Shown here: positions 12,124 to 22,210 of the stretch, piece by piece | Layout of the letters: each line of letters starts with the position of its first letter | Numbering within the stretch: the stretch's first letter is position 1 | DNA from: Gammaproteobacteria bacterium | GTDB taxonomy: Bacteria > Pseudomonadota > Gammaproteobacteria > CAJXQU01 | Direction: 5' to 3' | Assembly (NCBI GenBank): GCA_965238175.1 | Contig: CBDEGZ010000003.1 | Coordinates: forward strand, 640,001 to 704,000 | DNA: 64,000 nucleotides | Made by a program: the position numbers and the translations under genes | Notes under the pieces: model-generated | Databases searched by the model: none | Told to the model about the DNA's origin: nothing | Seen by the model: only the letters and a program-made list of their open reading frames with translations

Positions 12124-13349
12124 TGTAGAAATTCAGATTTGATCTGACAGTTACCCAATTATCAGTAACCGACTGTCAGGTTAAGTTTAATTCACAAACT
12201 TTTCCTTCCAGATAGCTTGTCCGTCGATGAGTGTTTCCATCGGCGTCCTCCCGCAGCACATTTTGCCTTGGTGAGTTCGTTGAGTATTGTATTTGAGCAA
12301 CCATTCGTCAAGGTCGAGTTGCAGTTCATCAATCGATTGGTAAATTTTCTTACGCAAAGCGACTTGATAAAACTCATTGAGGATCGTCTTATGGAATCGC
12401 TCACAAATACCATTCGTCTGAGGTGATTTGACCTTGGTTTTGGTGTGTTCGATATTGTTCAACGCCATATAAAGCTGATAATCATGCTGGTCAGCTCGCC
12501 CACAATACTCCGTCCCTCTATCTGTCAAAATGCGCAACATAGGCAAACGTTGTTGTTCGTAGAATGGGAGGACGCGGTCATTGAGCATGTCAGCTGCCGT
12601 AATCGGTGTTTTAGTCGGGTACAGTTTCGCGTGAGCGACCTTGCTGTAAGTATCAACAAACGTTTGTTGATAAACCCGACCAATGCCTTTGAAAGTACCG
12701 ACATAGTAAGTATCTTGCGAGCCAAGATAACCAGGGTGTGCCGTCTCTATCTCGCCACAAGCCTCATCGTCGTCTTTTTTGCGTTCCATCGCCGCGACTT
12801 GAGACTCAGTGAGGATCAAGCCTTCACCAGCTACCTTATCAGACAATGCCTTCAGGCGATCTTTAAAGCAAGCAAGACCATGACGAAGCCAGATACAACG
12901 AACGCCACTGGGTGAGACAAATGTTCCCCGTTTGCGCAGCTCGTTACTGGTGCGCGTTTGACCATGTGCGGGCTCTTCCAGTGCATACTCGAGCACAACG
13001 GTTTCAATAGCCGGGTCGATTCTGTTTTTAAGATTTGGGGTACGCCGATTACGATCAAACAAGGCTTCTACACCGCCTTCATCAGCCGCTTCTTTGTAGC
13101 GATAAAATGTATCTCTGGACAAACCCATCATCTTGCAGGCTTTTGAGACATTGCCGAGTTCTTCAGCGAGATTGAGTAGACCAACTTTATGTTTTATAAC
13201 TTTGTCATTAGTATGAATCATGAGAGTTACCTCTTTGTGTTTTGATGTTTACGTTGCAGTTACATCAAAGCGGGTAACTCTCACTAAATCAAGCGTCGCT
13301 ACGCTCCGCTTGATTTAGTGATGTGTCAGATTGGGTCTAAACTTCTACA
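12124..13349 (-). mobile_element. IS481-family element, copy 1 (1226 bp)
   Basis: Imperfect 26-bp IRs TGTAGAAATTCAGATTTGATCTGACA / TGTAGAAGTTTAGACCCAATCTGACA; flanks differ (GATAATT vs TATAATC). Confidence 0.92.
12187..13221 (-). CDS. IS481-family transposase
   Basis: N-terminal HTH (NVSKACKMMGLSRDTFYRYK); rve DDE core (SQDT, TDRGTEY, PQTNGICERFH). Confidence 0.95.
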   Translation of the reverse strand: MIHTNDKVIKHKVGLLNLAEELGNVSKACKMMGLSRDTFYRYKEAADEGGVEALFDRNRRTPNLKNRIDPAIETVVLEYALEEPAHGQTRTSNELRKRGTFVSPSGVRCIWLRHGLACFKDRLKALSDKVAGEGLILTESQVAAMERKKDDDEACGEIETAHPGYLGSQDTYYVGTFKGIGRVYQQTFVDTYSKVAHAKLYPTKTPITAADMLNDRVLPFYEQQRLPMLRILTDRGTEYCGRADQHDYQLYMALNNIEHTKTKVKSPQTNGICERFHKTILNEFYQVALRKKIYQSIDELQLDLDEWLLKYNTQRTHQGKMCCGRTPMETLIDGQAIWKEKFVN

Positions 13350-13484
13350 TATAATCTTGTACAAGAATAACCTATTACTCAACGGGAATGGGTAAAAACA
13401 ACTTGTTTATAATCTTAGTAAATATCTTAAATTTATTGTCATGTATCCGTCTGAATCAATTTTTTGTATAGCGTAAACTTTTGT

Positions 13485-14201
13485 TTATAGTTGTAATGGT
13501 CTCGGAAAATAAAATTCTTTGGTCAATCCAGTGGACTTATATAACAAGGCAGTACGCTTTCCACTTTGTTTATTACCTCCGGTAGGTTCGACGACTCTAG
13601 CACTCAAGACTCTTCTCCTGAAGGATTTTGTTTGCAGGGTTTTATCTAAAATTGTTTCAAAAATTTGTTGTAGTTCGGTTAAGGTGAATTCTTCTGGGAG
13701 TAAAGCAATTGGAAGAGCGGTGTAACAGGTTTTTGATTTGAGTCTTTCAACAGCTTTATAGAGCAGCTCATTATGATCAAAAGCCAAGTTGTTTTGCCTA
13801 GCTTGGTTGACGGGACTCCATTGAGTTTCTTCACTAGACTCATTAAGCCGAACTTTTTCAATATCAATCAGGGCAAAATACAATACTGTGGTAGACCAAC
13901 CTCTGGGATCGCGTGTTGTATTCCCAATACTTTCAATTTGTTCTAAGTATGGAGATGAAATGCCCGTCTTTGCGAGTAAGTTTCGGTGTGCAGTGTCATC
14001 TAGTGAATGATCATTTTTTAAATCAACAAATCCACCTGGAAGTGACCACTCACCTAGTGAAGGGTGTTCGCTCCGCTTAACTAAAAGGACATTCAATTGA
14101 TGATCAATGATGGAGAAAATGCTCATATCAACTGATGTTAAAGGTACATCATAGTCATGGATGTTGTAAGCAGCTAAAAATTCTTTTTCAGTAGTCGACA
14201 T
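13485..14201 (-). CDS. nrtR: NrtR Nudix-related transcriptional regulator (ADP-ribose responsive)
   Basis: WSLPGGF degenerate Nudix box, RDPRGW, LAFDH, FTLTELQ..FE winged helix; in an operon with nadV/prs. Confidence 0.9.
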   Translation of the reverse strand: MSTTEKEFLAAYNIHDYDVPLTSVDMSIFSIIDHQLNVLLVKRSEHPSLGEWSLPGGFVDLKNDHSLDDTAHRNLLAKTGISSPYLEQIESIGNTTRDPRGWSTTVLYFALIDIEKVRLNESSEETQWSPVNQARQNNLAFDHNELLYKAVERLKSKTCYTALPIALLPEEFTLTELQQIFETILDKTLQTKSFRRRVLSARVVEPTGGNKQSGKRTALLYKSTGLTKEFYFPRPLQL

Positions 14202-14231
14202 ATTTCTATTAATAAAAGTTTATAAATAATA

Positions 14232-14262
14232 TTTAAGGAACCCCATCTAGAGGTTCCTTAAA
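14232..14262. repeat. Palindrome resembling fused MITE ends
   Basis: TTTAAGGAACC-N9-GGTTCCTTAAA, similar to the ends of the 2375-2662 MITEs. Confidence 0.5.
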
Positions 14263-14269
14263 CGTTAGC

Positions 14270-15757
14270 TTATGATATCTCAAGAGCCAGTGATGCTCTA
14301 ATCTCATTTATAGAAATTTCTTTTACTAAGTTACCATCTTCAAATACAACACTAAGTTCACCTTCCTGTTCTTGTTCAGTAGTTTGTCTATCAAATAATT
14401 GGTAGCCCTGATCTGTTTTTTCTATCCTCATCAAACCAGCAGCCGACTTTTTATCTCCTTGATCTGTAATGGGATCTTTAAATATCTCACGGCTTTCACC
14501 ATTGACTTGGCCCCAGGTACCTTTAATGGCAAATCCAAAACTATCACGGGTGATATATTGATAGGTATAGCTGCCAATACCGAAAACGATATTTGTTGAG
14601 GCAAATCTTTTCGCTTCTAACTGTTCCAATATATCGTTAGCGCGTTGTAAGGTAATAGAATCTCCATAAATCAAACCGACTCGTTCATTCAAAAGTTTAT
14701 AACCTTTTTCGGTAGTTGTGCCGGAAAAAATATCCCACAAACATTCAACTGCACCTTTGTATTGAGGTGAGCCTTCTTCCGCATCTGGATCGCCGCAAAT
14801 AACTTTTACCGGGTCACCACTATCGGGTCTGAACACAACTTTGGCTAAGCCTAAACTATTTTCTTTACGCCCAAGAATATCTGCTTTAAGTTCTACTGAA
14901 TATTCAGTAATAACTTTCCAAAAATCCCAGGTATCAGACACTATGCTGACGATGCCTGTTGGATAGAGATCATTGATCAGACGTTTAAATGTTCCAATCT
15001 CATCTTCTTTGGTACCCATGCACATGACGCTGTGTTCTGTCGCAGGTACAGAGACACCGATTATGCCGTCAGCATTATAATAATCTTCAGCGTAGTCTAT
15101 GGCAGCGACAGTATCGGTGCCGATAAAACTAGTTAAGTGACCTATGCCTGATTGTGCGGCATCCGCTATTCCACTCATACCTCGCGAGCTGAAGTCATGG
15201 CCTTGTAAAGCAACAAAATCGATAGGTGATCCCGTTTTAACTGCATATCTGGTTAAGAGTTTTTTATACTCATAGGCGATAGTGGCAGTCGTGCAGGGTT
15301 TCCATACTTCGGCGCTGATGCTTGTCTCAATATAATTAGTCAACCAATAAAATTCGGGCAGAGTATTAATCACTGTAAACATAGGTACTTTTATATTGAC
15401 GCGACTTCCTTCTGGTAATGCCTTTATCTTTAAAGGCAGATGGCCGAGATCGTGTAAGGCTTCAAAGTGATCTACACCTACTGCATTTTCACCTAAAGAG
15501 GTATCCATGCGGTGTTTATATTTTGCAATGACTTTTGCTTTTGGTTTGTTAAAAAATTCTCTATTCCATTGCTCAATTAAAATATTTTTGATAAATCCTT
15601 GTAAGCCGACGAAAACAACACGATCATCAAACCCATCTAAAACAGGGGCTAGGCGAGATGACCTGGGAGTAAAGTTTGAATAAACATACTCGGTTCCTTC
15701 TGGGTATTGACGTCTGTGATCTGCTTTATAAAAATCTATTGCCATAAGAGGGTTCAT
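14270..15757 (-). CDS. nadV: Nicotinamide phosphoribosyltransferase family protein (NadV/NAMPT-like)
   Basis: DFYKADH, YSNFTPRS, HDFSSRG, VPATEHSVM, SIVSDTWD, RPDSGDP, GLIYGDSIT, KDPITD. Confidence 0.88.
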   Translation of the reverse strand: MNPLMAIDFYKADHRRQYPEGTEYVYSNFTPRSSRLAPVLDGFDDRVVFVGLQGFIKNILIEQWNREFFNKPKAKVIAKYKHRMDTSLGENAVGVDHFEALHDLGHLPLKIKALPEGSRVNIKVPMFTVINTLPEFYWLTNYIETSISAEVWKPCTTATIAYEYKKLLTRYAVKTGSPIDFVALQGHDFSSRGMSGIADAAQSGIGHLTSFIGTDTVAAIDYAEDYYNADGIIGVSVPATEHSVMCMGTKEDEIGTFKRLINDLYPTGIVSIVSDTWDFWKVITEYSVELKADILGRKENSLGLAKVVFRPDSGDPVKVICGDPDAEEGSPQYKGAVECLWDIFSGTTTEKGYKLLNERVGLIYGDSITLQRANDILEQLEAKRFASTNIVFGIGSYTYQYITRDSFGFAIKGTWGQVNGESREIFKDPITDQGDKKSAAGLMRIEKTDQGYQLFDRQTTEQEQEGELSVVFEDGNLVKEISINEIRASLALEIS

Positions 15758-16605
15758 TTTTTTGCTCCTGAGTTTGTACTAAATTTAATTACAGTTAGTT
15801 TTTTATTTTCCTGATTAGGGAAGCTATCTGTGGTAAATACGTGGTCAATCAATCCATCGAATACATCTAAACCTTTACTAAAGATCCCGTGAGTGACAAA
15901 TAAGATGACTTTGCCAACATTTTTTTTATGTAATTGTTCTGCAATTTTTATGAAGGTATATCCTCCATCGCAGATGTCATCTGTAATGACGGCAACTGCA
16001 TTGCTCAAATCATCCGCTAACACATCGGTATGATTAATTTTTCCTGTCGCGGGATCTCGTTTTTTTTCACAATAAATAATTTCTTCTATTCCCAAACTTT
16101 CCTTGATCTGTAAACATCTGCTTCTTGCCCCTTTATCTGGACAGATCAAGACAGTATCTGGAGCGGATAATAAGGTGAGCAACTCATCATTGCTTTGAAT
16201 GATCTCTGTAGGTGAAATATTCTTGGCATTAGTCATCTCAACACCAACTTCGCTATGACAATCCCAAGTGACAAGTTGATCTATTGCCATGGTCTGTATG
16301 AGACGAGTGATCACTTCAAGTGAAAAGGCTTGTCCCTGTGAACAGACTCTATCCTGACGGGAATAGGGCAGGTAAGGCAATTCCAGATTGATGCTTACCT
16401 GTCCTGAGTATTGATTTTGCAACGCATTTTCTACAAGCAATAAGTCCATCAAATCATTACTGGTTAAAATGTTGGCTTGTATCGTAATTGGGCCTGTAAT
16501 CTGGTCTGGTAAATCAGATAACTCGACATGTCTTTCGCCGCCCGAAAAGCCAATGGTTTTCACTCTTATTTGTTGGTTACTAGTCGTATTTATTTGTAAT
16601 GACAT
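15754..16605 (-). CDS. prs: Ribose-phosphate pyrophosphokinase-like protein (atypical Prs)
   Basis: FSGGE, PYLPYSRQDR, CPDKGA, KKRDP, DDICDGGYTF PRPP loop, VTHGIFS, TTDS; 4-bp overlap with nadV. Confidence 0.8.
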   Translation of the reverse strand: MSLQINTTSNQQIRVKTIGFSGGERHVELSDLPDQITGPITIQANILTSNDLMDLLLVENALQNQYSGQVSINLELPYLPYSRQDRVCSQGQAFSLEVITRLIQTMAIDQLVTWDCHSEVGVEMTNAKNISPTEIIQSNDELLTLLSAPDTVLICPDKGARSRCLQIKESLGIEEIIYCEKKRDPATGKINHTDVLADDLSNAVAVITDDICDGGYTFIKIAEQLHKKNVGKVILFVTHGIFSKGLDVFDGLIDHVFTTDSFPNQENKKLTVIKFSTNSGAKK

Positions 16606-16619
16606 AACTACCTCTCATA

Positions 16620-16682
16620 TATTGTCTCTGTGACATTATATCTAATACTGACACATAGACAGTATAAATGTCAAATAGATTA
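16620..16682. promoter_or_regulatory. Candidate NrtR operator(s) upstream of prs-nadV-nrtR
   Basis: GT-N7-AC palindrome ATTGTCTCTGTGACATT (core 16624-16634) plus imperfect neighbours (ATACTGACACATAGACAGTAT). Confidence 0.6.
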
Positions 16683-16949
16683 TTACTGTGTAGAGACGTT
16701 TATTAGTACATCGTGCACTTTTAGTATGCCGAGGTGTTTAGATCTGAACTGTAATATGGTTCCAAACTTACGGTTGGTGTATGCAGGGATAGAAGGATCG
16801 ACGTTACAAAGACATGTGCCGTATAGTGATGATCCAGATAAGGAGATGAAAACTTCCAGTTAAAGATTAAAAACCATTCCAAATGGAATTTCTAAGGCTA
16901 TAATGACAATGCTAAATTATATATCATAATATTATTATAAATAATAAAA

Positions 16950-18044
16950 CTACCTGACATATCCATGATCAACCCTGTAGGTGGGTAAAAAAGAGGCCGG
17001 TGCTAGAGATGTATCAAGATCGATATTATCGACGTTAGTTTCATCAACCAAAACAATTTTTGGTCCCGCGTGTTTCACGTAATCTTTTTCTTCAAGAACA
17101 CGAACTGCTTGAATGATAGATAATCTCCCTTGAGCAACCGGTGAATCTGTTGGGGCAGCTAAGATACGATGTCGTTTGATTCCACGGTAAATTCCGTGTG
17201 TTAGATAAGTAGAGAGTATTCCAATTTTATCTGTCAGTTTTTCTCTTCTTAAAATACTGACAGCCGCTTCAGCCGCTGGAGCATTGCCGACAATATAATC
17301 TATGTTTTGATTGGTTGCTTCTAATGCTTCTTGTATTAATGTCCGTTGGATTTCTTTCCCAGTGTCACCCCATCTCACATCGACAATATTAATTGCGCCA
17401 TTTGCAATACCACTACGGAATCCTTGATCGATGTAGGGAACCCATCCAGATCCTGTCGGTCCAGGTAGCCAACTTATATTGACTGGTGAACTTCCTTTAG
17501 GGTGTTTTTCAGCTAAATATTTACCAACACTTTTTCCCATGGAAAACCACGATACACCCGACTTGGCTGATATACCTTCATTACTAATATCGTTTACAGT
17601 GGCGAGTACAGGAATATTTTTTGCAATTTTAGTTAAAGTAGAAGATAAACCAGAAAATGAAACGGTACCCACGACTAAAGCATCAGTGGAATTTTTCACA
17701 CAATCTTCAACTTGTTTTTTTTGACGCTCTAAATTGGGGTAACCACCTGCATCAACTATTGCTAACGACAAGCCCAGTCGTTTAGCTTCTTCAACCATTC
17801 CATAATTAACACTCAACCAGTAGTTATCTTTCATGTGAGGGTAAGAAGCGCAAATCTTCCAATGCTTTTTTGCTGCCTCTATAGGTTGATACGCAACTAT
17901 TTTAGAAGGACTGTCAAAGTTGAAAGGTTCCTCTGGAACTTCTAATTCCCAGGTTTGTGCAAAAAGTTTTACAGTAATAAAGGTTAGCGCTATGACGAAT
18001 GAAAAGAAGATGGAACGCGAGTAGACTACAGGGAAGGAGTGCAT
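16950..18044 (-). CDS. torT: Periplasmic TMAO-binding protein TorT
   Basis: WKICASYPHMKDNYWLSVNYGMVEEA, AGGYPNL, GVSWF, GDTG, STYLTHGIYRG, APTD; divergent from torS. Confidence 0.92.
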   Translation of the reverse strand: MHSFPVVYSRSIFFSFVIALTFITVKLFAQTWELEVPEEPFNFDSPSKIVAYQPIEAAKKHWKICASYPHMKDNYWLSVNYGMVEEAKRLGLSLAIVDAGGYPNLERQKKQVEDCVKNSTDALVVGTVSFSGLSSTLTKIAKNIPVLATVNDISNEGISAKSGVSWFSMGKSVGKYLAEKHPKGSSPVNISWLPGPTGSGWVPYIDQGFRSGIANGAINIVDVRWGDTGKEIQRTLIQEALEATNQNIDYIVGNAPAAEAAVSILRREKLTDKIGILSTYLTHGIYRGIKRHRILAAPTDSPVAQGRLSIIQAVRVLEEKDYVKHAGPKIVLVDETNVDNIDLDTSLAPASFLPTYRVDHGYVR

Positions 18045-18175
18045 AACTAACTAAGACTCTGAGTAATATTAGATGATTCTATACCTGCAGTTTATAAAGT
18101 AAAGTAACAAGGATGATAGGTTAAATTATTAATATTGATTAGTCTTACATCTTATAAAATAATTCTCGTTTATTT

Positions 18176-21124
18176 ATGTTTGCATTAAATAAAAAAATTG
18201 GTATTGGCGGCAAACTATTTCTGGCGTTTGGTTTTACGTTGACATTGATTTTAGCGGCTGCAATTTTTGGCTGGTTTAGTTTTGGTCAAGTTACTATTAA
18301 ACAGCAAGATGTGATTAACAGAGCAATTCCGGCAATGAAAGAGGCGCAGCAACTTGCAAAGATCAGTGCTAGTGTGAATGCAATGACCTCTGTCTTAGCA
18401 TCTACTATTTCCGAACAACAATATCTCGATATTCAAGCACGTCTTAATAGACAAAAAGATCGGCTAAAACATTTACTAAAGGATCTGGAGCATCATGGGT
18501 TTACTTCAAAAACGATTAAATCATTAAGAAAAACAGTAGAACGAATTACTGATAATCTTAATTTGCAAAATAGACAAGTCAGGTTACGTCTGGATGTGGG
18601 GAAAAAACGCGACATTGCAATTTCTAAAATGTTGACTGCTGCGGGAGATATTACCGATCTTTCCGGCTCACTTGTTGCAAATTCTGCATCAAGCACTACG
18701 GCTGTTGCATCAAGCTTATATGAGTTGATCGATAACCCTGAACACAATGATGCAGCTTTTGATGCACTGGATAGATTGATTGAACTAGATGTTGATTCAA
18801 TGGAGAGGATGTTTGAGCTACGCTTGAGTAGTGCTCTGATTAATGCACTAGTAACACAGCTTAGTAAGGAGACAGATATATCCAAGATCACATCTTTACA
18901 TAGAAATTTTATCAACCTATTGAAAATCATCACTCGTAGGATCAGTGAAATAAATGATCCAACTCGACAACATTTAGCAAAAAACTTTCTTATTAAACTA
19001 GAACATCATAGTAGTCCAGAAAATACAGAAAACGTTTTTACTTTACAACGCCGCCGTCTGATGAATAGTGAAGCATTACAACGATTACATATACAAGGGC
19101 TTGAAGCAGCAGCATCACTCAATACGATTGTCGGTGAAATGATAAAAGAAGGCAGTAACATCATTAATCAATCGACTTTAAATGTTGAAGAGGCTGTCGA
19201 CTCAGGTAAATTTAGCCTGGTAGCTACGGCCATTTTTTCGTTGATTTGTATTACGCTTTTTCTCTGGTTTTATATACAGAAAAAAATTGTTGATAGATTG
19301 GTGCAGCTTAAGTTTGCGATGAGTGAACTGGCAAATGGCAACTATGATCTATCGATTGATATGGATGGTTATGATGAGTTGTCATCCATGGCCGAAACGA
19401 TTCAAGTATTTAAAGAAAATGCAATTATTAAAGAGCGTTTAGAAAGAGTACAAGAAGCCACAGAACTTGAGCTCAGGCGACACAAAACACATCTAGAACA
19501 AGATATTGAAGAAAGGACAGAACAACTTAGGACAGCCAATAAACAGCTAGAGCAAGAAGCTAAACAACATGATAAAGCTAGAGATATTGCGGTCAAAGCA
19601 AATCGAGCCAAGACCGAATTTTTAGCGACAATGAGTCACGAACTGCGCACGCCAATGAGTGGGTTACTTGGCACTGTCAATTTACTTACAGATACAGAGT
19701 TGTCGCAACAACAGAAACATTACACTGAAATTGTTAATTCAGCAGGTCAAAGTTTACTTGAAATACTCAATGACTTGCTTGAATTTTCACAGATTGAGGG
19801 AGGAAAACTAGAACTGGGCCATATAGATTTTAGTCTGCAGCAATTGATGAATAATATGACTTCTCTGATGCAGACTTCTGTTGATAAAAAAGATATTTTT
19901 TTAGTAACAGATATTGATCCTAACGTGCCCAGGTTTCTAAATGGTGATCCTGGTAAGCTGCGGCAGATCTTATTGAACTTGATTGGAAACGCGATCAAAT
20001 TTACCGATCATGGGCAGATCGATGTCATTGTAAGACAACAAAAAAGGACAAGTAGTCATTCACATTTATTATTTGAAGTTAGAGATACCGGTATTGGTAT
20101 ACCTCTTGTAAGTCAAGATAATATTTTTGAACCTTTCACGCAGGTTAATTCGAGCATTTCACGTCAATATGGTGGGATTGGTTTAGGCTTGGCTATATGT
20201 AAACGTTTTATCCAGGCGATGGGGGGTGAGATAAATTGCAAAAGCGAGGAAAATAAAGGCACTATGATTAGTTTTTCATTAGCGCTTTTAATTGGTGATG
20301 ATAATAAATTGGAAGTTACCAGTCCTTTAGCTCACGAAGATTTTTTATTTTCACTAAAAATATTGTTAGTAGAAGATGATGAAGTTAATTGCATGGTTGC
20401 CAGATCCTATTTAGAAAAGATGGGTTGTCAGGTTGCAGAAGCTACTGATGGTTTTCAGGCGATTGAACTTGTAAATAAAGAAGTTTATGACGTGATACTT
20501 ATGGATATTGGATTGCCTGGTAAAGATGGTGTGGAGACGATGCGCGAGATAAGGCAACTTGGAGATCCTTATGTTGGTATTCCTGTCATTGCTATGTCAG
20601 CTCATGTTTTTAAAGAAGAAGTGAAAGGATATCTTGAGGCGGGCATGAATGGTTTTCTAGGTAAGCCGATAGATGTTGATCGTATGAAGAGTGTGTTGTT
20701 TGAAGTGGTTTATAGTAAGGATAAAACAGTGTCATTATTATCCTCTAAAACATTTAAAGAACAGGCAACAAGTTGTAGAGATATTTTGGTTGAAGATGTT
20801 GAGCAAATAGGTTTAGAAAAAACCAATGAACTTGTTGAATTATTTTTTAATTCATCACAGAAAACACTCAAAGATCTTAAACGAGCCATGGAGAATAAAG
20901 ATAATAAAGCGATAGGTGAAAGTGCGCATAAACTTAAGGGAGCGGCCTGCAATGTTGGACTTAATTTATTATCCCAATACGCAATGGAGCTTGAGTTGAG
21001 TGTCGATACACAACATGCGGAATTTCAGCAATATTTTGATCACATAAACCAGGTTTATAAAGACTCTTGTTTGTTATTGAAAAGTGTTTTTGAAGATATC
21101 TATCAGAGACAAAAAGCGGGTTAA
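18176..21124 (+). CDS. torS: Hybrid sensor histidine kinase TorS
   Basis: TM, TorS-type helical periplasmic domain (ALDRLIELDVDSMERMFELR), HAMP, H-box FLATMSHELRTP, N/G boxes, REC (ILMDIGLP), Hpt (AHKLKGAA). Confidence 0.92.
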   Translation: MFALNKKIGIGGKLFLAFGFTLTLILAAAIFGWFSFGQVTIKQQDVINRAIPAMKEAQQLAKISASVNAMTSVLASTISEQQYLDIQARLNRQKDRLKHLLKDLEHHGFTSKTIKSLRKTVERITDNLNLQNRQVRLRLDVGKKRDIAISKMLTAAGDITDLSGSLVANSASSTTAVASSLYELIDNPEHNDAAFDALDRLIELDVDSMERMFELRLSSALINALVTQLSKETDISKITSLHRNFINLLKIITRRISEINDPTRQHLAKNFLIKLEHHSSPENTENVFTLQRRRLMNSEALQRLHIQGLEAAASLNTIVGEMIKEGSNIINQSTLNVEEAVDSGKFSLVATAIFSLICITLFLWFYIQKKIVDRLVQLKFAMSELANGNYDLSIDMDGYDELSSMAETIQVFKENAIIKERLERVQEATELELRRHKTHLEQDIEERTEQLRTANKQLEQEAKQHDKARDIAVKANRAKTEFLATMSHELRTPMSGLLGTVNLLTDTELSQQQKHYTEIVNSAGQSLLEILNDLLEFSQIEGGKLELGHIDFSLQQLMNNMTSLMQTSVDKKDIFLVTDIDPNVPRFLNGDPGKLRQILLNLIGNAIKFTDHGQIDVIVRQQKRTSSHSHLLFEVRDTGIGIPLVSQDNIFEPFTQVNSSISRQYGGIGLGLAICKRFIQAMGGEINCKSEENKGTMISFSLALLIGDDNKLEVTSPLAHEDFLFSLKILLVEDDEVNCMVARSYLEKMGCQVAEATDGFQAIELVNKEVYDVILMDIGLPGKDGVETMREIRQLGDPYVGIPVIAMSAHVFKEEVKGYLEAGMNGFLGKPIDVDRMKSVLFEVVYSKDKTVSLLSSKTFKEQATSCRDILVEDVEQIGLEKTNELVELFFNSSQKTLKDLKRAMENKDNKAIGESAHKLKGAACNVGLNLLSQYAMELELSVDTQHAEFQQYFDHINQVYKDSCLLLKSVFEDIYQRQKAG

Positions 21125-21843
21125 TTAATGTCTGCTGTGAATTGGTAGCCTTCTCCATGAACAGTAATAATTATTTCAGGGTTTGCTGGATCAGTTTCCA
21201 ATTTTTGCCTTAATTTTCTTACCAGTACATCAATGGTACGATCAGAAGGGTTCCATTCCCGATGATTTATATATTTCATAATTTGATCACGGTTAAGTAC
21301 GTTTCCTGGGTGAGTTGTGAACAAATTCATCAATTCAAACTCACCACGCGTTAATTTGACACGGTGATCAGATTTATTTTCTAGTTGACGTTTTTTCAGG
21401 TCAAAACGCCAGTCTAGAAAATGACGTGTTTTATTTTCGTTCTTTATCTTTAAATCAACACTACCTGTGGTTCGACGGAGTAAGTTTTTTACTCGGATCA
21501 ACAATTCACGCATATTAACAGGTTTAGTAACATAGTCATCAGCGCCAATTTCAAGACCGACGATCCGATCAATATCCCCAGTTCTGCCTGTCACTAAAAT
21601 AATACCGATGTCGGAGTTTGCTCGTACTTCTCGCGCAAGAATTAAACCGTCCTCATCAGGGAGGTTTATATCAAGTAATAATAGATCAATTTGAAATTGA
21701 TCTATTAATCTACGCATTTCTTGGCCATTTTCAGCTTGGCTAACGATAAAACCTTCAGCTTCGAAATAGCTGGCCAAACGCATTCGTGTTACTGGTTCAT
21801 CTTCAACCATCAATAAATGTGCTTGGGTAGAATCATTCGTCAT
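21121..21843 (-). CDS. torR: OmpR-family response regulator TorR
   Basis: REC (VEDEPVTR, LLLDINLP, GADDYVTKP) plus winged helix (DRTIDVLVRKLR); likely start MTNDS at 21843; convergent with torS with a 4-bp overlap. Confidence 0.88.
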   Translation of the reverse strand: MTNDSTQAHLLMVEDEPVTRMRLASYFEAEGFIVSQAENGQEMRRLIDQFQIDLLLLDINLPDEDGLILAREVRANSDIGIILVTGRTGDIDRIVGLEIGADDYVTKPVNMRELLIRVKNLLRRTTGSVDLKIKNENKTRHFLDWRFDLKKRQLENKSDHRVKLTRGEFELMNLFTTHPGNVLNRDQIMKYINHREWNPSDRTIDVLVRKLRQKLETDPANPEIIITVHGEGYQFTADIN

Positions 21844-22038
21844 ATTGATGAATTTTTGCCTAAATAATCGCAAATAGAAATACAATTTTGAAGATATAAG
21901 GTCTAGTTTTATTATTTTATATTTGTACTCAATTTTCAAAAAGATTAAATTTAAAAAATCTAAGCTGAAAAGTGACTGAACTAACTTTACCAGCTATTGC
22001 ATTCAGACAGAAGTTTGAACTAACTCAGCATTATTTTT

Positions 22039-22068
22039 GTTAACAACCCTTAACAAAACTCCTACAAA
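22039..22068 (+). promoter_or_regulatory. 10-bp-periodic direct repeats, candidate TorR boxes
   Basis: TTAACAA at 22040 and 22050, CTACAAA at 22062; the 12-mer CCTTAACAAAAC also occurs at 1156-1167. Confidence 0.45.
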
Positions 22069-22210
22069 TAAGATCCAGGTATTGGCATCTCATTCACATC
22101 ACTTTGATAGTGTTCTTGATAACCGAAATTGTATCGATTTTATTAATACAACATAAGGCTATACGAGTTTTTATTTAACTTTATATTTAAATGTAAAAAG
22201 GAGCTAAGTT

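Noticed and set aside
21844-21939. Extended TorR N-terminus in the ORF track
   Set aside because: AT-rich upstream extension; the receiver domain begins just after the ATG at 21843
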